Source: Desulfatiglandales bacterium
Lineage (GTDB): Bacteria; Desulfobacterota; DSM-4660; Desulfatiglandales; HGW-15
Reading direction: 5' to 3'
DNA: 64,000 nucleotides
NCBI GenBank assembly: GCA_963667015.2
Contig: CAXXJJ010000004.1
Coordinates: forward strand, 3,296,001 to 3,360,000
Shown here: piece by piece, positions 30,373 to 42,800 of the stretch
How positions within the stretch are numbered: position 1 is the first letter of the stretch
How the letters are laid out: the number at the start of each line of letters is the position of its first letter
Made by a program: the position numbers and the translations under genes
Notes under the pieces: generated by a model
Told to the model about the DNA's origin: nothing
Database searches by the model: none
Seen by the model: only the letters and a program-made list of their open reading frames with translations

Positions 30373-30481
30373 TGATAATTCGTTGAAATTTACCCGTGCA
30401 AAAATTTTCTTGCACGGGATTTTATAAAAGTGGTGCAAAATTCAGGTAATACATTAAAATATGATAGTTTTTATCCCGCAA

Positions 30482-30811
30482 TTATTTCGGCTGCTCGATC
30501 TTCAGTTCACCAAAACGTGATTCATATTCCCTTATAATGTTGTTCAGCAGCATTGACAGCCTTTTTGCAGCAAAGGGATTTAATATAATTCTATCGGAAA
30601 GCTGGACTGTAAGTTCCGGCTGGCCTGTATACCAGCTCTGGTTTGTACCGAAAAGCAGTGTCACTTCTTCACGGGTACTGGAAACATTACATACATTAGC
30701 ATAGGTACTGGTCATTTTTGAATCATCCCATCGCAGTGTCTGTGTCGCAGCAGCTTTTTCATCCTTAGCATTTTTTACTTCTTCATTTTTTGCATCCTGT
30801 TTCTGAGCCAT
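30482..30811 (-). CDS. DUF3467-family protein
   Basis: WDDSKMTSTYANVCNVSSTREEVTLLFG...RIILNPFAAKRL...YESRFG; GAGGAGG RBS. Confidence 0.85.
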   Translation of the reverse strand: MAQKQDAKNEEVKNAKDEKAAATQTLRWDDSKMTSTYANVCNVSSTREEVTLLFGTNQSWYTGQPELTVQLSDRIILNPFAAKRLSMLLNNIIREYESRFGELKIEQPK

Positions 30812-30886
30812 AATTCCTCCTCAATATTTGATGTTTAACACTTATACCATCGATAATAGATCAGGCTATAACTTAACAAAAAGTAA

Positions 30887-33800
30887 TTAGTTTAAATCTT
30901 TTTTCTTGAGAAATGTAAATTCTTTAGCCGCTCTTTTTTCCAGCCGACCGTTACTCCATTTGATAAATCGTCTCAGCTTATTTTTCCTGTCAAGTTTTTG
31001 AAAAGAATCCCTGGAAAGCAGATTTCCATTATCGGATTTCCCGGAAGAATATATTCCCCATCCGCTCAACCCGGCTATAATTGTTCCGATATTGATTTTT
31101 TGCGGAATCCTATCAGAGTTATCTTCGCTTTTCAAGTCCCTAAAAAGATTATCGTTTTCATCCATATCGAACAAACCGTCGGTATTTCTGCGTGCATTTA
31201 ACAGGAGTTTATTTAATCTCAATTCAGCGCCCTCATTCTCTGCGGAACTGTTAATTACCATACCATCGGGTAATACCTTTATTACCCTTCCGTCCGGATA
31301 TGTTGTTATGGAAGAACCATCCGGATATTTAATGGTCTTCATCCCGTTAGGATATATAATAGTAATAACTCCATCGGGATCTTCTATTCGTTCCCTGCCA
31401 TCGGGTAACCTTGTGATAACCGTTCCGTCGGTCTTGATTACCTCGATCATGCCGTTGGGGTAAGTTTTTTCTATCGATCCGTCAGGCAGAGTTTCGGTTT
31501 TTATATTTCCTGAACCAGCTTTGGTATCCCCATCTTCTACTACCGGCATATAAAAGGCATTATGATTATTAGAGATCTCACTTGCCCCTGATAAGACCGG
31601 TCCGGATGTTATCACTTCTACACCGGCAGCCATAAACGATGATCTGTCAAGTTCTAATGGAGGACTTTGTTCCGTAGACCTAGTTTCTGGGGAGTAAAAA
31701 GGATTACCAGGTATCTGGTCCGGAGAAGGATAAACCCTGGTGACACTGTAATTCTCCATAATAACGCGCCCATATTTCCCTATAATTACATCAGTGGGAA
31801 ATTCACCTATTACTGTATCTCTCCCTTCCCCGCCGATAATAATATCCGAATCTTCACCGCCATCCAGGTAATCAGCATCACCGAGTGAACTTGGTCTTGT
31901 CTCTACGAAAGATGGTTTTCCGTCGGTAAAATCAATAAAACCGTTATCACCGATCAGAATATCTATTCCGTCACCGCCTGATATCCGGTCACTGTATTCA
32001 CCACCTGACAGGATATCAAAGCCGTCTCCTCCGAAAATCTCGTCCTGCCCGCCGAGTTGCGTCTGGATGCTGATAATTTGAGCGGGCAACCCCTCTTCCA
32101 GCAGGATTCTGGCGAGGTCTCCTATGACGATATCATCACCGTTCCCGCTATCAATAGTATCTGATCCGATTCCTGCTATAACGATATCATTTCCATCGCC
32201 GGTTTCTATCTGATCGTCGCCGGAAGCATATGCAACACTGTCTGCAGGAGTCATATCCGAGATATTTCCATCCACAAGGGTGATCACACCATTGTCTCCA
32301 AGTACCGTATCATTGCCGCTGCCGGAGGTTATCTTATCACTGCCTGTTCCCCCTGTAATTATATCATTGCCGCTGCCGGAATAGATATTATCATCACCGC
32401 CAAATTCAGGATCAGTTGATTCAAAAACAGTCAGGACACTTTGGCCGCCGCCCACATCTAAGGATGCATAACCATTATCACCGCCAATTAGGTCATTGCC
32501 TTCACCTGCTCCGACGGGAGCGTCGGTAGCAGGATCAATGTCAATATAATCGGAACCTGTACCACCAAATATTATGTCATCTCCATCACCGGAAACAATT
32601 ATATCATCACCTCCGCTTGCAGGACTTTTGGTTGCTACATTTGTTAACAATCCTCCAGTGTCAAAGACAGTGAACCCTGAATCGCCAAGTATAATGTCGT
32701 CATTTCCTCCGGTAGTCAACGAATCTCTGCCCTGACCGCCTATTGCAATATTATTTCCATCTCCAAGGTTCAGGGTATCATCTGACCCGTAATTATCCAG
32801 CATAGTGGCAATCTGTGTGAGGACTCCAACATCCGTAAAGGTCATGGTGCCATGATCACCTATCACATAATCATCCCCGCCTTCAGAGGTTACGCTGTCA
32901 CTTCCACCTCCTGCGATTACATAATTATCTCCGGAGCCTGCATCGATTGTATCATCTCCAGTGGTGGAATCATCTGCATCCGTGCTTTCAATAAACGTTA
33001 CAATCCCGGATGTAATTTCAATACTTCCATTATCACCGATAACAATGTCATCCCCTGTTCCGCTTGTTACAGTATCATCTCCTGTACCGGCTACTATATA
33101 GTTTATGCCGTCACCCGAAGTTATGGTATCGTTTCCACCCTCCTCAGGGCTGCTGCTTTCAATACCGATGATATCTCCGGTTTCATCCCGGTCGATTACC
33201 CCTGAATCGCCAAGGAGAGTGTCATTCCCTGTACCGGTTATTATTGTATCGACCCCCTGACCGCCTATGGCAATATTGTTACCATCTCCAAGGCTCAAGG
33301 TATCATCTGATCCGTAATTATCCAGCATGGTGGCAATCTGTGTGAGTACTCCAACATCCGTAAAGGTCATCGTGCCATGATCACCTATCACGTAATCATC
33401 TCCACCTTCAGTGGTTACGCTGTCGCTTCCTCCTCCTGCGATTACGTAATTATCTCCCGAACCTGCGTTGATTGTATCATTACCGATGGTGGAATCATCT
33501 GCATCTGTGCTTTCAATACCGGTGATAACTCCGGTTTCATCCCGGTTGATTGCTCCTGAATCGCCAAGGATCGCATCATTCCCTGTATCGGTTATTATTG
33601 TATCGGAACCCTGACCGCCTATGGCAATATTATTTCCATTTCCAAGATTCAGGGTATCATCTGACCCGTAAATATCCAGCATAGTGGCAATCTGTGTGAG
33701 TACGCCGACATCAGTAAAGGTCATCGTGCCATGATCACCTGTCACATAATCATCTCCGCCTTCAGAGGTTACGCTGTCGCTTCCTCCTCCTGCAATTACA

Positions 33801-36800
33801 TAATTATCTCCGGAGCCTGCATCGATTGTATCATCTCCAGTGGTGGAATCATCTGCATCCGTGCTTTCAATTGCTGTTACAATCCCTGATGTAATTTCAA
33901 TAATTCCGTTATCGCCTATAACAATATCATCCCCTGTTCCGCTTGTTACCGTATCATCTCCTGTGCCGGCTACTATGTAGTTTATACCGTCACCGGAAGT
34001 TATCGTATCGTTTCCACCCTCACCGGGGCTGCTGCTTTCAATACCGGTGATAACTCCGGACTCATCCCGGTTGATTACTCCTGAATCACCCAGGAGAGCG
34101 TCATACCCTGTACCAGTTATTATTGTATCGGAACCCTGACCGCCTATGGCAATATTGTTACCATCTCCAAGGTTCAGGGCATCGTCTGATCCGTAATTAT
34201 CCAGCTTAGTGACTATCTGTGTGAGTACGCCGACATCAGTAAATGTCATTGTTCCATGATCACCTATCACATAATCATCACCGCCTTCAGTGGTTACACT
34301 GTCGCTTCCGCCTCCTGCGATTACATAATTATCTCCTGCACCTGCATCGATTGTATCATCTCCAGTGGTGGAATCATCTGCATCTGTGCTTTCAATTGCG
34401 GTTACGATTCCGGATGTAATTTCAATACTTCCGTTATCACCGATAACAATGTCAATGCCGGTTCCGGTTGTTATCGAATCACTTCCAAAACCACCAACAA
34501 CAATATCATCACCTTCGTTACCGGTGATTACATCATTACCACCCACACCCGAGGCATTTGACTCAATCCTGGTAATAGTATAATCCGCATCACGGGTAAT
34601 AACCGCTTCGTCACCGAATATTACATCATTACCCTGGCCGCCAGTAAGGGTATCCGCACCTGCCTCACCGATAATTACCAGTTCTGCTCCTTCAGGAACT
34701 GCTGAAGCATCTACCTCATCTGCCCCTGTGTCTCCGTGTATTTCAAGCCTGCCGTCTATAACGGTTTCCTCCAGGGTAATAGTGTCATCCCCGGCATTTC
34801 CGTTCAAGGTGGTGAGGGTTTCACTTCTTACACTTTCTACTGTAATAATATCACTGCCTGTTCCAAATATGATATTTATACCGCCTTCAAAACTGCCTGA
34901 TGTAGCAGCATAATTGATATCTGCAGTCGCAAGACCCGAGATACTGCTGTCTGTTATAGTCACATTTGTGTCTGCAACAGCAGAGCCTGCATCGCTTACA
35001 TTAAGGATATTGCTTCCAGCGCCTGCATCAAGATTGACTGTCCCATTAATAGCATCGAGATCTCCGCTGTTGGTCGGGGAATCGGATGAGATATTTATTA
35101 CATCATCCCCTGCGCCCGTATTAAGATTCGTAATATTTCCAACCGGCGTTCCCTGGATATTAAGGACATCATCACCGCTTCCAAGACCAAGGTTCAGATT
35201 TTCTATCCTGATATACTGGATCCATCCGTCTGCCCCCATGTTGAAGCCTGTAATACTGTTTTCCGTAACAGTTCCCGTGATACCGTCAATATCACCCGTA
35301 ATATCCAGGTACAGGGAATCGCTTCCGGCTCCGCCGTCTATATCGATAAACTCGAGGATATTCTGTACATTTCCGTTTATATTACTGCCCGGAGTTGCAT
35401 TGCTGCCAAGGTATACTATATCGTCACCGGCACCGGCTTCGATACTGGTTGGAGATACAGTATAGGTGAGAGGAATTATGTCATCATCGCTGTTTCCGTA
35501 TACCTGGACCGAGGTTCCCGTTACCAGACCAATTATCTCGAGTATCCCGCCTTCTGTATCGTTGTTTCCGTAGTCCACAGATAGTTCAACAGTTCCGGCA
35601 GCCTGTATAACTGCATTCTCATTAATGATAAGGTTATCCCCAGACCGCATGGCAATGGAACCGCTTGTCGAGGTTATACTTACACCTGCCTCAACAACCA
35701 TGTTATCATTATCCGAGTTATCTGCGCTCGTAAGAGTAATATTGTTAACGGCCTCTATATTTTCATCTATGTTCATCGGGCTGTTACTGGTTAACTCAAT
35801 TTCATCAGCGGCGCCTATACCTTCAGCTTCGGTTACACCTCCAACAATCAGATGCCCCTGATTAATGAGCCATATGCTGCCATGCACGGAACGGCCTTCC
35901 AGATTTCCAATAGCAGTTCTGATTGCTTTTCCGTCTGCACCGACATCCTGGTCTGCAAAGAGCCATGCAGCTCCGGAGACAATATTGTCCTCATCATCGA
36001 GGCGGGCGTTCAGAATGGATGCCCCGCTGCCTATAAATGCTGTATATTCAAAACCTGTTGATGCCTGGTTTATTCCCAGATCACCATCTGTTTCGGTTAG
36101 GTATGTATTGAGCGCACTGGATGTGGTCAGGTAACCGTCTCCCGAAAATGCGCTGTTAATATCCAGGTCATTACCCGAAATACCTATGGCACCATATATT
36201 GCTTCAAGGGTAATATTGTTACCGGTAATATCTGCCTGTATCTCATCTTCCCTGTCAATAATAGATGCCATTGCGACGAGCTCAACATTACCGGTTGAGG
36301 ATATTATCTCGCCGACCGACATATCCCCGTCAGTCTCATAAAGGTAGATATTTCTGCCGGCATAGGCATTTAAAAGCCCATCCTGATAAAGGTTGATATC
36401 AATATAATTGATGCTTCCTGTCCCGCTGCTCCCTATATCCACTCCGGCAAAAAGGTTAAGGATATCCGTGCGGATATTCAGGTAATCACCGTCAAAGGCA
36501 TCAAGAATCGATCCATCAGCCCTGAGATCAATACGTTCCGGAGAATAGACGGTATCCACATACATATCACCATCAACTTCATACAGGAAAATCCCCTGGT
36601 TTGCTCTTGCTGTCAACTTTGAATCTGGTGAAAGATTCATGGTTATGGGATCATCTTCTGTACCGATTCCCTTTCGTCCGGATTCAAGGATAAGATTGTC
36701 GCCGATAAAATCAGTATCCTCTGAAAGAGGAGAGTCGTAGATTCCGCCTTTAGTTTTCAGCCGGATATCACCGGAGGCGCTTCCATCCAATCCGGCCTGA

Positions 36801-39800
36801 ACCGAAATAATGTTTACATCAAACTCTGAGCCAAGAAATATGTCTGATCCAGCCCTGACATCAACTCCGGCACCGATATCATTATGCTGTAAAATCTTGA
36901 TCTCACTTCTTGTTATGTTGATCAGGCCTGTGTCATCATCACCGTTTGCACTTTCTTCTGAATCAAACAGCTGGATGGTAAATTCATCCATGACTCTGGC
37001 ATAATAGAGCTCCCCATCGGTCAAACCTGAGATGTCGCTGATGGTAAAAGTTCCGAAGTCCCCGAAATTAACCGGTGCACCCGTAGAAAGATCATGCTCT
37101 GAGCCGAATCTTATAGTGTTTTCGGCAGAATCTATGATGGTAACATCCTCAGGATCAGCTGAATTTATAACAATAGTCTCTTCCTCGGTAAGATCAATGG
37201 CTGTTCCGTCAGCCTCCATATCTCCATCAGAGGTATAGATGGTTATTTCAGTGATTTCACCGCCTGACTGTATATCGATATCTTCCCGGTGAGTAATCCT
37301 GGCTTCACTCCGTGTGATATTTATCAGACCGGTATCATCCTCTCCCGTTGCATGCTCTTCCGTATCAAACAGCTTTATTGTAAACTCATCCACAACCCGG
37401 GCATAATAAGTAACACCGTCCGTTATTCCCTGAATCCCTCCTACGCCCATGTTACCGCCTGAGCCGAATACAACCGATGCCCCGGATTCAAGGTTATGCA
37501 ATGTACCAAAATTGATTGTTTCAGTATCTGACTTAATTGAAATGAGATCTTCTTTTTCCGCGGCTGCCAGTGTAGCCTTATCTTCATCTGAAAGATCAAT
37601 GAGGGTTCCGCCGTTACTCATATCTCCACTGGAAATAATTATCGTCTCTTCCGGTAGATAATCACCCAGACTCCCAGAAACATTCAGTATTATATTGTTA
37701 CCCACAATATTTGATGCTTCGATACGGGTTTCCGTGTCAGTGGTTTCCTTGAGCCAACCGGAACCAAGTGAGTATTTCAGCTGTTCTTCGGTCCAGCTTG
37801 AACCTATTGCCAGTGCATTAACATCAGACAGGCTGTGTCCTGTGCCTGTTGCACTGCCTGCATCAAGGTCCAGGTAAATTCCATTGGCCGCATCTTCTTC
37901 TGTTTCTGCCAGCTGTACAGAGGAAGGATCGGAATCCGATTTAATTATGTAGTATACCGTGCCCTCTTCAAGGCTGTTATATTCTCCGTCAACCCAGTAA
38001 CCTATGGCATCACCGCCGTTAGCACTGTATGCGACGCCGGTTCCGGTTACATACAGGTTTGTACCGATATTGATGGTATCATTATCATTGTCTACATCGC
38101 CGGAGGGATCAAATATCGGATCATACCCTGAATTACCCGTGTCATATTCCCAGTCAGGATTGTAGGTGTCCCCAAGCACCCTGTACCTGTCGTGCAGTTC
38201 ATGGAATTCCTGGGTCCGTTTTTCTTCTTCCAGGTCAACCCTGTCATCATCCCAGGCAAGTTCAGTCTTGTATGCGTCTCTTTCATCTCCGGATATTGTA
38301 ACCCTAAAATCAGGATCATAGGCCAGCATGTGCGTCAGGCTTGCTTTACCCTCTGCTATGGCAGCATCAAGATCCAGGGCCTGTCCCGCAGTAGCATTTT
38401 CAGCAGAATCCGCAAGCATGATGCTTGTGTTGTCCACAACAATTACATAATAGGTATGATTATCTGCCAGGCCGCTGACTCCCTGGCCGTCTATTTCCCG
38501 GTAAAGGAGGGCATCTCCGGTTGTAAAATTGTGATCATAACCAAAGGCTATAACATTACTGCTGCTATTCACCTCTGATTCAGTATTAAAACGACGTGAA
38601 CCTCCTGTACGGTATCCCCAGTATGTATGATACTCGTTTGTCTTTAAATCCCTGTAAGCATCCTGAGTTTCGCTGCCGTTATCAGTAAGCAGGTTCATCT
38701 CATCCCACAGGTTTGCAAGTTCGGATTCCGTACGGACGTCCCGTCTTTCGATTGTATTTACATCTATCAGGTCACCGCTCCCGATAGTGATATTGACATC
38801 CCCGCCCAGTGACTCGATAGAATCAACCCTGAGATCACCCGATATTTCGTTCAGATAAATATCACCATAGGCCTCTGCAGTAATTGCGTCATACTCAGAA
38901 TCATCATCATAATTACTGTCGTTATTTGTATCTATCCTCATATTAAGGGATGATGTTCCTATTCCTCCTGTTATGGAGGTAAGCGAGATATTATCACCCT
39001 GTATAAGGGTGTCAGGATCAGCGGCATAAATACCGCCTTCTGAACTAATTATTACATCGCCAGCAGTTGAAGCTGCATAGTCAATTGTTAGCTTGCTTTC
39101 TATTTCATTAATTGCCACCAGACCATTTGCTTCGGCAGCCAGCACACCCCCGGAAAGATCGGTTCTTATGGCTGAATTAACATTTCCAATAGTTCCGTTT
39201 ACTGCACTCAGGGTTATATTTTCGCTTCTTATAAGGGCCAGGTCTTCTTTCTGGTTAATAGAGCCGTTTGTTGAAGTAATCGTGGTTGAACCGGAAAGGT
39301 TGTTTATAATTCCCGCAAGGTTGATATCGGAAGTTGATGTAATATTGACAGATCCTGTTTCATATCCCATAAATTCTATGGCTATGGGATAATCCGCCTT
39401 GACGCTGTTATAATCATAATTTATGCGTCCGACCTTGGTAATCTTTTCAAGATGGTAAGTCTTGGTACTGAAGATCCACCATCCGCTTGTTGTCACCCAA
39501 TCCCTGGTATATACAACCGGATCGCCTATTGTCTGGAATTCATAGGCATAGCCTGTATCTGTATTACCGTCGGATTCCGTATCAATAAAATTGCTTTCAG
39601 GTTCAAGTTCTACAGGTACGGGATCGACATAGTTATAGTAACTCCTTGATTGTGTTTGGGCATATGTAATACCCCAGAAGCTGCTGCTCTCCCACCGCTC
39701 TGTCAGTTTTGATGTCTCAGAATAACCGGTTACCCAGTAATATCTCTGGCCTGAAACCGGCTGATAGGAAGCTGTGTTGCCGTCAACCACAGAGGAAACA

Positions 39801-42800
39801 CCTGTAAGAACATTTGCATCATCATTGGTAGTAATCTGAACTTCTTCACCAATTCGCGTATAGGTAGTAATCAGCGGTTTATAAATATCAGGATCAGAAT
39901 CAAGGTCATAGGCTGTATCCGTAATAATTACCTTACCTTCGATACCATTACCTATGCCATGGATTTCAAGATCTTTCGATGTGTTTATCTCATCCGTCAA
40001 AACCGCTGTTAATGCAAGTTCCAGGGTTTTTTCTGTAACATGAATAACCGAATATTCACCGTCATTGCTTCCTGAATTGGATATTGTGATAGTCTGACCA
40101 TCGCGGTAGCCCTCCTCTATCCAGCTTCCTGCATTACGCGTTATTGTATCGGCATCATCATTGTCAGCAAAGGTAATCCAGTTGCCGGCAATTTCCAGCG
40201 ATGAAGAAGTGCTGGTCTCTGCTGTCAGATCACCGCCAGCGAGGACCAGATCCAGATCTCCGACTGTCTGCACTACATACACCCCGTTATTGCCATTTGC
40301 AGAATTAAGTATCTGTATGCTCTGCCCGACATAGAATCCGTCGTCGATCCAGCTTCCGGAACTTCGGCTGATAGTATCATCAGCTCCTGTATCAGAGATG
40401 GTAATCCAGCTGCCTGTTACTTCAAAGGAACCACTGTCACTGAACTCGGTGGTGATAGAATCACCGCTGACAAGGGTAAGGATTTTGTCTTTGACTATTT
40501 CAATTGTATATTCACCGTCATTACCTTCCCCTGAACCGGAGATACGGATTGTCTGACCTTCATGGAATCCGTCCTGAATCCAGCTTCCATTCTGTCTTGT
40601 TATAGTGTCCGAACCATCAGATCCGTTGTTTTTCAGGGTAATCCAGTCATCTCCCGTAGCAATCATGTCAGTTCCGGTAACCCGCCACTGGCTTCCTGTA
40701 AGTATCAGTTCTTCATCTTCACCGGTCTTGATACTCTGAACATCTATACCCCAGGAACTCCGGTTATCGATGGAGATATTTCCAAATCCATCCATTACCT
40801 TCAGCTCTCCATCCGTATCCGTAGCCATGATGTGACCGGTAACTTTAATCAATCCGCCGCTGACAGATACATTATCAACAATCAGACGATCGGTCTCGTA
40901 GTTATAGTAAACTTCGATATCCGAATCCGTAAGTACAATCCAGCCGCTCCTGTCTGAAATACTTGCTTCACTTCTCATACTCGCAATATTATCAGCAAGT
41001 GTTCCTCCGCCCTCAACGGCAGATGTATCCTCTATTGTGAGAGTATGATCTGCATCACCGCTTATTATGGGACCATTTATGTTAAGCAGCCTTGCAGTAA
41101 TAAAGATATTATTTCCTGCAATGATTGACCCATCCTGCGCCCTGTGGGCTGTATCGCTGTCAGTCCAGTTTGCTTCGTTGTTATACGCGGTCCCGTTATC
41201 ATTAAATTTCCGGGAATCCTCATTAGTTTGCGCAAGGTCGCTCCATACGGATTCCGGTGAACCGCCCACATGCTGGGTATCCGTGGCGATAATGATATCT
41301 TTTCCAGCTGATATCTCGACAGTCTTGGCCTGTATGTTAGATTTGACCGTTGTGCTGCCTGAAGTGTCATCCTTTATAAAAATACTTCCTTCCTTGTTAG
41401 CTATCCGTATTGTTCCCTCTGAATTCATGATTGTAGCGCCTATGATCTCAATATTCGGGGCAGGCGCAGTAGAAAGCACACCGGTTGGTGGAGGATTGTA
41501 TGTATTTCGTACTTCAATCAGGGGATCTGCTGAATTTTTGCTCGTATAAATACTATTGAACTGGGCAAGCTGACCCGAGCTGTTCCGTTTCTGGATATCA
41601 GCATTATCGTAGATTCTAGCATCGTTAAAGGTTATGGAACCACCTTCAGCCAATATATTCAGGCCGTCTTTTATTCTCAGGTAATAGGGACTGTGGTTTT
41701 CAATGGTAATTCTAGTGTCCCCCGGGGCATCCAGGGTTCCTGTACCGGAAAGGCTGTCTCCAGTAATCACTATATTACCGCTTTTGGCTTCTATGTATGG
41801 CACTTCAATATATGTTACCAGCATGTTTCCGACAACAGAGCCGTTTTCATCGAGCAGCCCCAGTTCATCGGCCTGGTATTTCAGCTGATCTATCTGAGCC
41901 TGAATTCCCACAGCAGCCTTGCCGCCGTCTTTTGCGCCATAATTCGCCAGATCCTGCTCAAGACCTTCAATCTCCTGCCTTATTGCTTCGGCCAGATCGT
42001 CCTGAACCGCAGTCGGCATATCCACCCCGTCAGTTACATAAATCAGGTCATCAATGCTTCCCGGCTTTATAGTAGTTGCGTATATCTCAAGTCCGGTGGA
42101 TATTTCATCACTATCTATTCTATCACTGCCGTCCAGTACAAGAGCCATACCGTCAATTGATAGAATCCTGTATGTACCGTCATTGTTTTCAGAACTTCCT
42201 CTAATCACTATATACTGATTAGCCTGGAATCCTTCAGCCTCCCAGTCTCCGGTTGTGCGGGTAATTCTGTTATCAGAAACCGTAAGGGCAACCTCAGTCC
42301 CTGAAGTAAGGGTTGTTGCCTGGTCAATAGATTCGGTGGCAATACTTATAATGTTCTGATCCTGGGATGCAGTATATGTCTCATCTGCAGTAAAGGTGTC
42401 ATACCCTGTTGCCAGGACAAGGGTATCGCCTGTTGCAAGTTCTATTTTATAAAAACCGTCATTTCCTGAAGCAGATCCTGTAATCCGGATATACTGACCG
42501 GATGCAAAACCCATGTCTGACCAGTCGGAATTATCTGTCAGCTCAATCTTGTCCTGACCGCCACTGCCACCCCTGTCGAAGAACACCTCTTTACCATATG
42601 TAATCTCAACTACCTGTGCAGCCGGGGTCTGTATGGTTGTTACCCTGTTTGTATTGGTAACATCAAGGGTCATATCAAAGTCTTCTCTCAACTCAAGCGC
42701 AGTTTTAGAAACGCTCTCAATAATATACTCGCCGTCATTTAAATCGGATCCGTTTATAACAATACTCTGCCCAACACTAAAGCCATCAACAATCCATGAC

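Larger units (their letters stand above)
28347..30446. mobile_element. Non-autonomous IS1380-type MITE (~301 bp without the inner IS), interrupted by an IS1380 element
   Basis: Perfect 14-bp inverted repeats CCTGAATTTTGCAC (28347-28360) and GTGCAAAATTCAGG (30433-30446), flanked by direct repeat TAATA (28342-28346 and 30447-30451). Confidence 0.85.

Noticed and set aside
32730..34455. Repeat block as a CRISPR array or DGR template/variable repeat
   Set aside because: Repeats are long, in-frame and coding, with no unique spacers; no cas or reverse transcriptase gene in the window
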